Below, in pieces: positions 26,278 to 38,830 of a stretch of DNA of 64,000 nt. The stretch is from Girardia tigrina (Eukaryota). The position numbers and the translations under genes were made by a program. Location: assembly GCA_001938485.1 (NCBI GenBank), contig MQRK01204024.1, positions 16,180 through 80,179 on the forward strand, in the 5' to 3' direction. The stretch's first letter is position 1. The number at the start of each line of letters is the position of its first letter. The notes under the pieces are model-generated. The model made no database searches, had not been told where the DNA came from, and saw only the letters and a list, made by a program, of their open reading frames with translations.

Positions 26278-29200
26278 TAAGCGATTTAAAATTATACTCG
26301 ATCACTTGGAGAAATTTAATGGAAACGGCAGTTTTGAAATTTGGAAGAAAAAGTTCAAGATGATTATGAAAATCCAGGGGATTTTGGATCCGGCCCCATA
26401 TCTTCCTTTTTTATTGACTGATATTCCGTTAAATATATACATGGAATTGGATGAAAAGAAACAGAGCAACTTTGAAGAAGTGCTGCAAATCTTGGACAAT
26501 TAATTCAGATTAATCAGACGATCTGCGTACAACCAACTGATTCATTTGAAATATTACGAAGGACAAACTATTGACGATTACGTTTCTCAAGTAAAGATGT
26601 TGGCATCAAAATTCGACGATCTGACCAAGGCGGCCTTTATGGCTGGATTGCCGTTCGAGTTACAATTGAATTTAGAGCAGGCCGGCGATCAAGATTTAAC
26701 CGAAATGGTTGAATATAGTCGCAGGTATTTAGGAATTAAAAAATGCGTCACACAAAGTTCAATGTTAGCGGTACAAAACGTTGGTGATGGCAAGATCGTT
26801 TCTAAAGAACGAGGTGAGGTTAGCGGCGGTAGAAGGAGTTCCTTTACAAAACGTCGTATACCACATGACGGAAATCTGGTACAAACAAGGGTAAATCGTT
26901 ATGAAAATTCTCAGCGGCAATCTAATGGACAAATAATTTTCTATAAATGTAAGCAAGTTGGACATATTGCAAAATATTGCAAGTCGGGAAACGGACAGGG
27001 GAGTTTGTAGGCGCCGGCTCTCTCCCTCTGACATTTCCGGCGCTGCCAACCATGACTATCATTGTTAACAACAAGTCGGTTACAGCTTTGATAGATTCGG
27101 GTTGCTCAAAAACTGTTGTTTTGAAAGGGTTGATCAAGGGAAACCCGTTACAGTCAAATGAGCAAAGAATTGTTTTGGCTAATGGCGATGATATATGTGT
27201 GGGGATTAGTGATGTGGAATTGACTATAGAAAATAGAACTATGAAAGTAGAATTTTCTGTCATGAAATACTTACCCTATGATTTGGGAATTTTAATTGGT
27301 ATGGATGTTATAAGTGAACTTGAGGGTGTGAAAATTAATAAGGGTATTATCCACAGTGGCAGTATCACTGGGGCACGAAGAGAAAGAGGAGTAGCTCTGA
27401 TGATAAAAGAAGATGATCTGACGAAAATAACCTTCACACCTGTTAATGATCGAATTTCTGCTTGCAGGTACATACGGAAATCTATTACACTTATCGGAGT
27501 GTATGCCCCGACGGACTGTGGGTATACACATGAGGAGAAAGAGGAATTCTACTCAGTATTGCAGGAAGTGATTACAAAAGAACAAAAATTCGCTAAGGAT
27601 AATAAAATGGAACTGTTAGTTGGAGGCGACTTCAACTGTCGGCTCAAGCGATGCGATGAAAACAGCTCTGTAATGGGTCCATGCGCAAGCGGGATCCGCA
27701 CTTCAGAGAACGGAGAACTGCTTGTAGACATGGCAAAATCCTGTGGTTTGCGCGTGGAGAATACATTCTTCAGGAAACAAATCAAGCAGAGAACGAGTTG
27801 GACTCACCCAAGAACAAAAAGGAGAGAATTGCTTGATCTTTTTCTATCAGAGAAACACCGATGCAATAGAATGACAAACATCCGAAGTTACCCGAGCTTC
27901 GATTGTGGATCGGACCACGACTTAGTGATTTTAACCGCATTAGTTCGTGAGGAAAAGAAACGCCCAAAACGCTTGAGAAACAATAAGAACCCGCGCAAAC
28001 AAAAGCTACCGGAGAGGGAAGCAATTGTCAAGAAGAAAGAGGCGATAACAGAATCACTTCCGCATCTTACTGTTTAAGGCACCACTACGTGGAAGTAGAA
28101 AAAGGAAAAGAGCACCAATCAATCAGCGGTGGTTGGATGGGCACCTAGACGAACTTAAGATGATGATCAGAGAAAAATGGGCAAGACGTTCAGAATTCGT
28201 AAGACAGAAACGACACAACGTACTCGAGGTGGAAGTCAAGCAGACTTCTTATTCCGAGAAAGATTCAAGAATGGAAACGGGAAAGAGAAGAAGCTCTTGG
28301 AGAGCAAATTGAAAAGATCCTTGCAAACGACGGAGAAGGGAAACTGAAAGAACTCATAACAGAGTTACGTGTTCTCTGTAACACACAATCGAAAGAGAAC
28401 ACACTGTACGCTCTCTTAACTCCGATAGGAAACGAAGAACTATCTGCACATTTCAACAACCTCTTTCGAGCTAATTCTCATTTAGACGAAAGAATTGATA
28501 TCGCAGGGGAGACATCCAACCTGGAAACTCTGGATCTACCCCCCACCTTTGAAGAACTGGAGGTGGCAGTGAGGCAATTGAAGAGCGGTACAGCAGCAGG
28601 CTCAGATGGACTTATTCCTGAAGTATATAAATGGGGAGGTACGAATATTATNNNNNNNNNNNNNNNNNNNNNNNNNNNNNNNNNNNNNNNNNNNNNNNNN
28701 NNNNNNNNNNNNNNNNNNNNNNNNNNNNNNGTCATTCTCTTCAAAGGGAAAGGATCTCGTAAAGACCCGAATAACTATAGAGGTATTTTCCTACTAGACG
28801 TAGGCGGTAAAGTCTTTGTGAGATTTATTGCTAATCGTATTACTCCAATAATTGAAGCCTCACTGGACGAATGGCAATTTGGATTCCGGACAGGCAGAGG
28901 AACAAAACAAGCTATCAGCATCTTGAGAAAGCTACAGGAAGAAGCAAGATACAAAAATATCCACATTTTTGTAATCTTTATAGATCTGGAGAAAGCATTC
29001 GACAGCGTCCCCCGGGAGTCTCTCTGGAGCTGTTTAAAGAAACTNNNNNNNNNGGGGAGAATGCTTGAAGTTATCAAAGCCTTTCATGAGGGATTTAAAG
29101 GTTCAATAGGGGATAAAACCTTCAATATGAACAAAGGAGTTAGACAAGGTTGTGTTTTAGGTCCGCTCCTATTCAATATCGTCTTCGACACAGTCCTGAA

Positions 29201-31465
29201 ACGAGCGATATTGAATGGTCTCTCAGGAGGAGAAAAGATGACTACTGAAGATGGAAGCTGCCTCGAGATCAACAGACTGGCTTACGCGGACGATCTCTGT
29301 CTGATAGACACCGACTGGAACAATCTTGTCAGAAACCTTATTCTACTGAATGACTCATTTGTAGATTTAGGACTAAAGATCAATATCAATAAGACCAAAG
29401 TTATGAACCAAAACGGAGATACCAAAGTTCTCACCGCCGGACACCAGCTTGAGACTGGTATTGAGTGGGTATCCAAATTCGTCTATTTGGGTTCCACAAT
29501 CTCCTCAAATGGCACCGCTGAAGATGAGATAAGAGAAAGAATTCAAAAGGGTACCAGGAAGATCAGGGACCTCAAACCGGTCCTGAGGAGCTCCAAACTC
29601 TCTTTACGGAACAAGAAGAGCCTAGTGGCTCAATACCATTCGAAAGAGATGGGAGGCCCAAGGGTATTATCGAATTTGGTGTGTGTGTAGGAGAAGGACT
29701 AATGAAGGCTGGTGATAATATGAGTTTTGTCACGGGTGTTGTGCCAAGTGTTAGCCTGAACAAACACAATTATGAGATTGAATTTAAGGATAATTGGACG
29801 GTTAAATGGAAGTGGAAAGATGAAGCGCCGATTTATCTACCAATTCGACATTCGACCTTTAAGGATGACAAATCGAAAGACAATGAAAATTCTTAAGGAG
29901 TGGATGAAGAAGGGTTATTTAATCGATTATGACGAGAAGGAAATGGGTAAATCGATAGGATCTATAACCATATTTGGAATATTGCAAGTTAACAAATCCA
30001 AGATAAGACCGATCTTTGATTTTAGGAAATTAAACAATTATGTAGACGTGTACAGTGGCTCAGCAGATATATGTTTGGAAAACTTCGCACCTGGCGGCGA
30101 AAAGGATCAAGATTTTCCATGCTTGATTTATCAGAGGCGTATATGCAGATTCGCGTTCACAAGGAAATGTAGCGTTATCAATCATGTATCATTAATGGAA
30201 AAAAAAGTACGCTCTAACCAGGATGGGCTTTGGTTTAAATATCGCTCCGACCATTATGACTGAAATTGTCAAGTGGATTTTAAATTCTGATCCTAGAGCA
30301 CGTGAAAACACCGACTCGTACATNNATGACATTTACGTTGACGAATCTACAATCACAGTTGACGAAATTAGAATGCTGTTCGAGAAATTTAGTCTTAAAT
30401 GCAAAAAACCAGAAAATCTCTCAATGGATAAAGAGGTGCGAGTGTTGGGAGTTAAAGTCTTTAAAGATATGAATTCGGTGAGATGGATGAGAGATAATCA
30501 TTTCAAGGACGAGATAGTTGCCGAATCAATTTCGCGTCGTGAGTTATATTCACTGTGTGGCCAATTAGTAGGAATCCACCCTGTTGCAGGTTGGCTACGT
30601 CAATCATGCTCCTACATGAAAAGGCTCAGTGAAGGAAAGTGGGATGAGAAAATAGATGTCAAATTATTTGAGAAAATCAAATTTGTTTTGAAAAAAGTTA
30701 AGGAGGAAGATCCTTGTAGAGGAATATGGAGTATTGATGATTGTAAAGACGGCATCATATGGTGTGATGCCAGTTCGATAGCCATTGGGGCAGCATTGGA
30801 AGTTAAAGGAAATATTATAGAAGACGCATCGTGGTTAAGGAAAACTGATGATTCTAGGCACAAACGTAGCAGAACTCGAAGCAGTTGTAAAGGGTCTAAA
30901 TCTATGTATTAAATGGGGACTAACGAATGTTGCAGTAAAATCAGATAACAAATCAGTTGTTTCTTGGATAACTGAGGCACTATTATAGCGAAATAAATTA
31001 CACACGAAAGCCTCTTCCGAGCTTTCGATAAAGCGCCGATTGTAAATGATTAAGGCGTTGTGCCAGGAATACGAAATAACTTTGAAAATTGAGTTTGTTA
31101 ATAGTGAACACAACAAGGCTGATGAACTGACAAGAATACCCAAACAATTAAAACGAAGCAGTTGCCTTTTGTCTGTAACAGATGACATATTCAAACTACA
31201 GAAACTTCATGACAGATGTCATTTAGGTGCAAAGAGAATGCGATATTTGTGCGATAAGTTGGAAATAAATGTGTCAAATGCGGATATAAAGAATTTGATC
31301 TCGAAGTGTCAAAGTTGTCAATCTATTGATCCGGCACCAATAAAATGGGAAACTGGAAAATTAGCTGTCAATGAAAACTGGACAAGATTTGCAGCGGATG
31401 TCACAAAATTTGATCAACGAAAATTCTTAAGTATCATTGATTGTGGACCCTCTCGATTTGAATAA
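26278..31465 (+). mobile_element. Ty3/Gypsy-like LTR retrotransposon (gag-pol), degenerate, truncated in integrase, interrupted by a LINE
   Basis: Gag with CCHC knuckle CKQVGHIAKYC; protease LIDSGC; RT RPIFDFRKLN and MGFGLNIAP; RNaseH WCDASS; integrase H..CHLG...CQSC and ADVT..FLSIIDCGPSRF. Confidence 0.9.
27352..29659 (+). mobile_element. Nested APE-type LINE (RTE/CR1-like) fragment with 12-bp target-site duplication
   Basis: APE motifs GVALMI, VYAPT, GDFN, NTFF, SDHDLV; RT motifs NYRGIFLL, QFGFR, FIDLEKAFDSV, GVRQGCVLGPLLF, AYADDL; TSD AAGGGTATTATC at 27340-27351 and 29660-29671. Confidence 0.93.
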
Positions 31466-31799
31466 TAAGATAGAAAAAAACTATCGCAGTAAGTTCATAA
31501 AAAATTTTATTATTTTAAAAATTAATTTTTTTAACCCTTGTGTGCCTCAAGTTCGGTCAATCATTTTAAATTTGCGCAACAACAATAGATAAATTCCTTA
31601 AAATTTTGGTAGTTGGTAAGTATTTCAGTAAATGACTGTCGAATTTTCTTCATGGGGCAGACATTGTTTCATGGATAATTATTTTTTAATCTGTTTTTTA
31701 CTTTATAATTCGTATTATCACGGTAAGTGATTATTATGTAATCGTTATGATTGTTAACATTAAATCAATATCTCTAATTCGTAATTTAAAATTTTACTA

Positions 31800-33080
31800 T
31801 TAGGTTGGAACGAAAGTTGTGTCAGTAAATTATCATGTTATTTAGAGGAAAATTTTTACAATATCAAGAGATCTCGTTTTCATTAATATTATAACCATTT
31901 CTTTTGATTATACTTCTTAAACGAGACAGCAACAAGAAAATTCAACGGCAGTAAAACTAAGGCGTTTTCAGGTCGAAAAACTTTTGAAGGGAATGTTCTA
32001 AGTCTTTATTGTCAATGAAACGGCGTCCGCGAAAAAAATATTTCAGTGACCGGAAAATATGAAAATCGGATGCGGCAAAGTCTGGGTTATATGATGGGTG
32101 CTTAAGAACAGCATAACTTTTTCTTCAAGTTTTTGGCGCGTTCTGCGTGAAACATGACGTCTGGTGTTGTTTTGTTAAAAACAAATACAAGCCATGTTGA
32201 TACCACGAACACGCAACTCGGCCTAAACACAGTCTGATTGGGTGCAGTAAACTTCAGAGGTGGTGGTTTAACCGTTTGGTAGGAGTTCCCAGTCAACAGG
32301 TCCCGGTGTCATCCATCAAATGCACAACATCACCTTTTTTTGATGCGAATCACTTCGAGGCGTCCTTTTTCTAAGTTGAACTGAACTTAGCCATTAGTTT
32401 TTGCGTTTCTGCTTATCGAGCACAACCCACTTCTCACGCACGTTGAAATCTGTTGCAATTAACCATGACTGAATTTGTGCAATAGCCAAAAATTGTCGTT
32501 AATTCGACGATTTTTGCACCTCGTTGAGTTTGTGCGGGACCTTTTGACAACGTTTATTTTTCTTGTTCATTTTCTGAATATTTCAAATAATGGTTGTATT
32601 GAAAGTTTGGAGTTCAGTGATAAGTTCATGCGTTATTTGGGTCTGATCCACTTCAATAAAACGGCGAAGCGCTCGTTTATCAAAGTTTGTTGGGCGTCGA
32701 GAGCACTTTTTGTCTTTAGGATGCATATTTCCGGAGCTGAATTTCATATACCATCGAAAACATGTTCTTTCAATAGTGAAATATCGGCCGTTTCTAGTGC
32801 AAATGTTTATAGACGTTTTCACTGCTACACGATTCAGTTTGAATTCGTGAAAAATTAAGTTAAAGATTTAATCACGCCTCATTTGACATTTTAACTGGTT
32901 CTTAAAATCAATAACTTTTTATAGAAATAACGAACCTTAGAAATTACTATAAAATGCGAATCATATATCAAAATGCTACTAAGAATATATAATATACAAA
33001 ATCCCTATCAAACTAAAATTAAATTAAAAACTTTATTTACAGTCTTTTGAATAACGAACAGAACTTTCGTTCCAACCTAA
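31800..33080 (-). mobile_element. mariner transposon, full length (about 1.28 kb) but degenerate
   Basis: TIRs TTAGGTTGGAACGAAAGTT / AACTTTCGTTCCAACCTAA with TA flanks; HTH remnant RTCFRWYMKFSSGN...RPT; HPSYNPDFAASDFHIF. Confidence 0.92.
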
Positions 33081-33797
33081 TAACAATACAATTTTTTTTC
33101 TTTTTGTATCTTGGGTAGTGAACGCGATACAAGTGTTTTTCTGAAATAAATAAAAATAAACTATATAAATAATATTTTCTGGTAGGATAGTTAAATTCAT
33201 TTACATTCAAAATCAGATTTTATAATGTTACTATTTGCTTCAATGTATTTTGGGGTATTACATTTATATTTTTAAAGTAAATAGTAATTGTGAGGGATAA
33301 TTTGGAATTTTGTAAGTTTGTTGTTTGTATGCTGTTTGGATTTGTGACTCTCCTACTCAGATGGGATTGGTATGTTTGTTGATTGATTATTTGACTCTAA
33401 TTATATTAATTTTAAGTAATAATTAATTAAAGTTTTATAATTATGAATTTTAATAATATTTTTAGTAAACGATTTTAACTTATTAAATTTAATATATTTT
33501 AAAAATTAATGTTCATTAAAAAAATTACGTAATGGCTTTTTATCCAATAAAATTTAAGAAATTTCCCATTAATTGTTTTTTAGATATGAATATATATTCA
33601 AAAACTATATCAATCAAAGAAAGATGCTCTCTGAAAATTGTTGTGAAGAATCTGTTTGTGTTGTCAATAAATGTTTACATTCAAATTATGATGTTGTTAA
33701 TAGTAATAAAAGTAATAATAAATAATAAAAAGTAATGTCAGTTATAAATATCATTTTAACTAAAATATTTATAATTCAATTATTGACATATTCTTAC

Positions 33798-33962
33798 TTT
33801 TAAAATATTAAAAGCACCAAATTGCTTTGGGATGTTTAAACCGAACACATATTTTACTTGACTTGTGAAAACATGCATGGAAGCGCCAACTGTAAAACCG
33901 GATATGAGCGGATCAGAAAGATATTTGGTAACGAAACCGAAATTGAAAATTCCCATAATTAG
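33798..33962 (-). CDS. SLC26 exon (165 nt)
   Basis: LIMGIFNFGFVTKYLSDPLISGFTVGASMHVFTSQVKYVFGLNIPKQFGAFNILK; TTTTAG acceptor, GTAAGA donor. Confidence 0.95.
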
Positions 33963-34650
33963 CTAAAATATATTAAAAATTTAATATTATATTGCAAATC
34001 CTAATTAATTCACAAAAATGAAATTATCGGTGTACAACAAATTTCATTTCTTTTGCATATTTCGTGCTAGTTGTATGACATCTTGACATCTTACCCAAAG
34101 TTTTTTAAACTATTAAATAGATTGATTGAAAGTCGAAGTTAAAAGGGATATCAATGTTAAAAGAGATATTATTGCTATCAAGACCAGAGGTTTCAAATTA
34201 ATAATTTTGACTATAAGAAAAATCATAGAAGCTCAAAAAATAAATTAAGTCCAGATAGGATTTTCGATCTCAACAGGAAAGTTCTCATTAAGTTTTAGAT
34301 TAATACAAACAGGTAAACGAAGAAATTATCTGTACCACGAGAAATGATCATAAATGTTTATTATTAGGGATCTGAGCACAAAAATACGATCTAAAACAAA
34401 GAAGTGCATGTTACGGTCAACCTTAACTTCACTAGTAAATAAATAAAAGTATATGAGAATCCGAAATTGTTTAAAAAATTAAGTTTAATATCCCATTAAA
34501 CTGTCAAAAATATTTCATCATAAAATAAAAATTTACTACTTCCTACAAAACATATCAAAGACGTTTCGGAACATGCGAGATTGATCTTGTTGCACCAGAT
34601 ATAAAAAGACACGTTTGCACATTTTTATTTTACTCAGAATTTCAGCTTTA

Positions 34651-35362
34651 TATAGGGTTTTTCGACCAATTTCAGAATTGTTGCAATCACTTTCAGAATA
34701 ATTACATTTTTTTTGAAAAATATTTTTTTTATATTGTATAAACTAGGGAGCAACGATGTATCGTTTAACGATGCAGTCTTTTGATGCATCATTTAATGAT
34801 GAAGGTTTTTCGATGCATCGACCATATTTAACGATGTACGATACGATATGTCGCTCTCTAGTATAAACTATTATTGAAAAAATAAAAACAGTTCAACAAA
34901 TCCTTTATTCCAGGATTGCACTTCTTTACTCACACTTTGAGATATACTCCTACATCTTAAAGAACCACAGTGTTCAGGAGTTATTTCATCAAACTTTTCA
35001 CTTATCAACCCTCTCAACTGGTTTTCCTTTCTAGCATTTCTACGTATCATCAAATTTTTCCAAACCGAAAACACATTTTCAATTTGGTGATACGTGGAAA
35101 TGATAGACATGAAAACCAGTTGAGAGTGTTGATAAGTGGGAAGTTTGATGAAATAACTTCTAAACATTGTGTTTCTTTTCCGTAACATGTAGGGGTATAT
35201 CCAAAAGTGTGAGTTAAGAAGTGTAATCCTTGAATAAATGATTTGTTGAATTGTTTTTATTTTAATAATAGTTCATACAATATAAAAAAATATTGTTGAA
35301 AAAAATTTAATTATTCTGAAATTGATTGCAAAAAGTTGGAAATTGATCGAAAAACCCTATAA
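34651..35362. mobile_element. Palindromic foldback made of two head-to-head 3' ends of a Tc1/IS630-like transposon
   Basis: Arms about 34651-35056 and 35081-35362 are diverged reverse complements; termini TATAGGGTTTTTCGA; the arms encode IENVFSVWKNLMIRRNA...LISEKFDEITPEHC, resembling a Tc1-like C-terminus. Confidence 0.8.
34744..34860. mobile_element. 117-bp hAT-type MITE nested in the foldback
   Basis: TIRs TAGGGAGCAAC / GTCGCTCTCTA; 8-bp TSD GTATAAAC at 34736-34743 and 34861-34868; internal CGATG/CATCG repeats; absent from the opposite arm. Confidence 0.85.
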
Positions 35363-36154
35363 AACTGCCTTGAGTGATTTTTAAGAGAATTATGTTCTTA
35401 TTATGAACCACTTCCAGGTATGAAGAAAATTAAAAGTCAATTTTTTTAAGACTAGATTTATAGTCACAACGCAACGTATACATAATAGATAACATAAATA
35501 CTTATGCTAAATCATAAAGCCTTTTAACAACTCAGACAAAAGAACTTTATTTTTTAAAGAGTTTCTATTAAGAGAAAATCTAAACAATATAAACATAAAC
35601 ATGAACCTAAAAACAAATTAGGACCGAGATAAGATCGATCTTTTCTAAAGTGTACGATTGCAGTTTATGGAATCTCATGAAATATAACATTTTGAGCATG
35701 GAGAATAACATTTCTTAATAAAGTATTTCTTTGTGGAGTGACCTTATGGATAGAGAAAACATTAACAAAAGGTATGTGATATTGTTGAATACCCATAATC
35801 TATCTTTATTAAAGATATTTGCATAAATGATAATGGAAATTTCGATAAATTGAGTTCAACTGCGTTTTTTTTAATATAATTTTCCAAATTTATTGTCGTT
35901 TTATACAATGGGACATGGAAACAATTAGAAATCAGAATGTATATATACAGTTCTGAATGGTTTCAACAAAGCTTTATGCAACGGAAAAATTCTTTACTAT
36001 AATTTGCAACTTCATTATACAATTAATTTATTAAACGATAGATTAAAACAATTAATTAATAATAATAATTTAATGATTAAATAATAATTTTAATAATTTC
36101 TATTGATGAAGGTAAATTAATTAATTCACATTGGAAAATACATAATTCATAAAA

Positions 36155-36230
36155 CATATTTTTCAGTGTATAAGACGACCCTTTATCCCTGAAAAAAATT
36201 GTCCAAAAAATGTTGGGGTCATCTTACCCA
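36155..36230 (+). mobile_element. Possible pogo/Tc2-like terminal fragment
   Basis: CATATTTTTCAGTGTATAAGACGACCCC...GGGGTCATCTTA resembles pogo/Tc2-type ends; no partner end found. Confidence 0.35.
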
Positions 36231-37194
36231 ACATTAACGAAAATTGAGAAGATCACAGGATTAACAGATCCATTTCTGTTGCTATTAGAATAAGAGATAT
36301 TTTAAGGGGTAAAGGATAGTTTCATACTGTAAAAGAGCTAACTGAAAACGTGTCTCAGTTAACTCCTTTAACGTAACAAAAAATAAAGATAAATATGTAT
36401 AAAACTTTTATTTTACACAATATAAATAAACATATATAACAATAAAAATCACATACGAGAGAGAGAATGGCATGGATAAATCTCGATTTCGATTAGTGTT
36501 TATTGTTCTAAGGCTTCAAAGGAACGATCTTCTGTTGTAACAATGTCGATGGAAACGTCAGAGAATCATTTGGTTGCACAACGAGAATTTGAGGAAATAG
36601 ATTATATGAAGAGATGCACTTTCAGGGGGAATATTGATAAATTGGTTTGCAGAAAATTCCTTTACGAACCGATTTTACAGGAAAATGTTTTGTAGGTAAT
36701 ATAATATAGTTGTAATCCGTAATATTAATGATTGTTTTTATCGATCCTCGTTTTATATATATAATTATATATATATATATATATATATATAATTTACTAT
36801 ATATAATTTATATATAATAATTAACTGGGTCACTACACATACATCTACACATACATACGGGAATGACAAACCGGAAATCAAAATTCTAAGTCAATTTAAA
36901 TAATTTAATTACTTAAAACATAACTTATTAAATCAATGTTTAATTTAAATAATAATTTAGGTAATTCATTGAATTCGTAATTAATAACTAAATTAACTGA
37001 TAATTGATTTAATTAAAAATTAATATAGAATAATTGTTGTTCAAATTTTAGTGGGCTAATGTAAGATTATTTGAATAAGATCATTTTTAAGATGCTTAAT
37101 AACAAAGTTAGGCTTTATTTATTATTTTAACTTCCTAAATAATATTTTTGGGAAATAATATTTTAAAAATCATTATGAAAAGAAAATTATTAAC

Positions 37195-37307
37195 CTGCAC
37201 TAATCCTATAACAAATGTAAATCCTGCGGCTCTACTCGCTTTAACGTATTCATTTTCTTCGTCTATGTCAAAAGACATATTCCTTGGAACATTGGTAACA
37301 TTTGTAA
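37195..37307 (-). CDS. SLC26 exon (113 nt), extracellular loop and TM4
   Basis: FTNVTNVPRNMSFDIDEENEYVKASRAAGFTFVIGLVQ with NxS/T sequons. A 43-nt intron 37308-37350 (GT...TTTTAG) restores the frame; donor CAG|GTTAAT. Confidence 0.85.
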
Positions 37308-37350
37308 CTAAAATGACTTTATTAACTGAAGATAAAATTATCATTAATAC

Positions 37351-37419
37351 ATAGGGGAAAATCAATTAATGATTTTTCTAGAAATTTTCCGGTTAAAAGA
37401 CTTATTATGGCGATTGTAC
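37351..37419 (-). CDS. SLC26 exon (69 nt)
   Basis: [23 protein letters not shown], after a 43-nt intron (37420-37462). A donor GTATTA at 37350 is needed to avoid an in-frame stop. Confidence 0.85.
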
Positions 37420-37462
37420 CTGAAAGCAAATTTTAATTTGAAACATTTCCAAAATGAATAAC

Positions 37463-37573
37463 CTATTGAAACATGTCGCGAGGTTCCAAAGAAAAAGTAT
37501 ACGATGACTGGAAAAAATGAAACATATAAACCATATATTGGTCTCAGTCCTGCTAAATGAGCGTACGCTATAC
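37463..37573 (-). CDS. SLC26 exon (111 nt), sulfate-transporter motif
   Basis: (S)[37 protein letters not shown]; canonical AG/GT; phase matches the previous exon. Confidence 0.95.
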
Positions 37574-38252
37574 CTAAAAAATAACTTAAAGTAATTAAAA
37601 AACTAAAATAATGAACAATAAAAGGTTAGAGTAATTGTTATTTATTTTTGAATATTTTAAATAAATTATAAAAAATCAAGAAAATTCATCAAAATAGAAA
37701 TGAGTATATTTAAAAGACCCTTCAACTTTGTAAAAAAATAAATAAATTTGTAATTAAAAATATTTCAACCATGATTTGATTTTATCTACATCCCCCCATT
37801 TTGTCGAGTGGTAGGAAATAAATAATATTTTAGTTATGACAACTATTATTATTTAATTCCAATCTTGGTTTAAAGCTTTCAGTTGTTTGGAGGGAAAGTG
37901 AAAATAGTTTCAAGCAAAAGTATTTTAAGGTTAAAGGTCTGATGCTCTGATAGAAAACAGAATGAGAAAATGAGAATTATACAGGATGAAAGTTTTTTTA
38001 TCTAAATACTTTTTTACATAATTATTATTATTATTGATCAAATAAAAGATTTTTCTACAATACTTAATTTATTATATATGAAATAATATTTATATATTGT
38101 GTATGAGGGTATCAGTCATTCTTTCCAGAACGTCTTAAGGAAATTATTTTTCAAAAATAACTATCTCCAGCTTACCTTGACGACCGAACGGTCGTAGCAG
38201 AGGCACAGTGGCGGAATCGATGCTCGGACGTTTTGTGCTGTGCCCATTTGTT

Positions 38253-38288
<36 letters not shown>

Positions 38289-38289
38289 A

Positions 38290-38830
38290 ATCAAAGAACT
38301 CAAGATTAATGATAAAAAAAATCGAAAAATTTGTTAACTTCTGATATAATTGATCGAAATAACACTGTCACAAACTCGTCATTTGATTAAAATTCGTTTT
38401 CTTAAAAAATAACAGTGACATAAAAAAATTTCGATTTAACTTCGTAAAAAAAATTCTTGTTCGTAAAAATTGTTCAAAAGCTTTTCAGCCTCAATTACAC
38501 AACTTAGAAAATTTTGCAATCGAATCCAAACCAAAACAAGAATTATTGTCGAACAATATCAAAAACTCGTCTTAATCACAAAAAAATTAATCCCAAAGTT
38601 GTACATCATTAATCATAGTGACAGCAAAAAAATCTCAGCAATCAAAAAAATTTCAAAAATTAAAAATTTTTAAATTGTGATTTTTAAATCACAATATTCT
38701 GTCTCATTGACGATGCTCGCTTTGACCAATCACAGAGAGCCATTTCAACAAATCTCAAACACTCGCCACATCAACAATTAATTGACTCTTAATGAGTCAT
38801 CAAAATAAGAATCCGAACAAAGACATCTTT
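38290..38830 (+). repeat. Dispersed repeat (possibly non-autonomous Helitron), related to 46985-47575
   Basis: Both share CAATCACAG(A/C)GAGCCATTTCAA...ACTCGCCACA...CCGA(A/G)CAAAGACA after A-rich degenerate repeats. Confidence 0.5.

Noticed and set aside
31531-31560. TTAA-CCCTT possible piggyBac terminus
   Set aside because: No matching opposite end, and 8.6 kb from the piggyBac ORF with other elements in between.
37195-37419. Apparent frameshift suggesting the SLC26 gene is a pseudogene
   Set aside because: A canonical 43-nt GT-AG intron (37308-37350) removes the stop and restores the frame.
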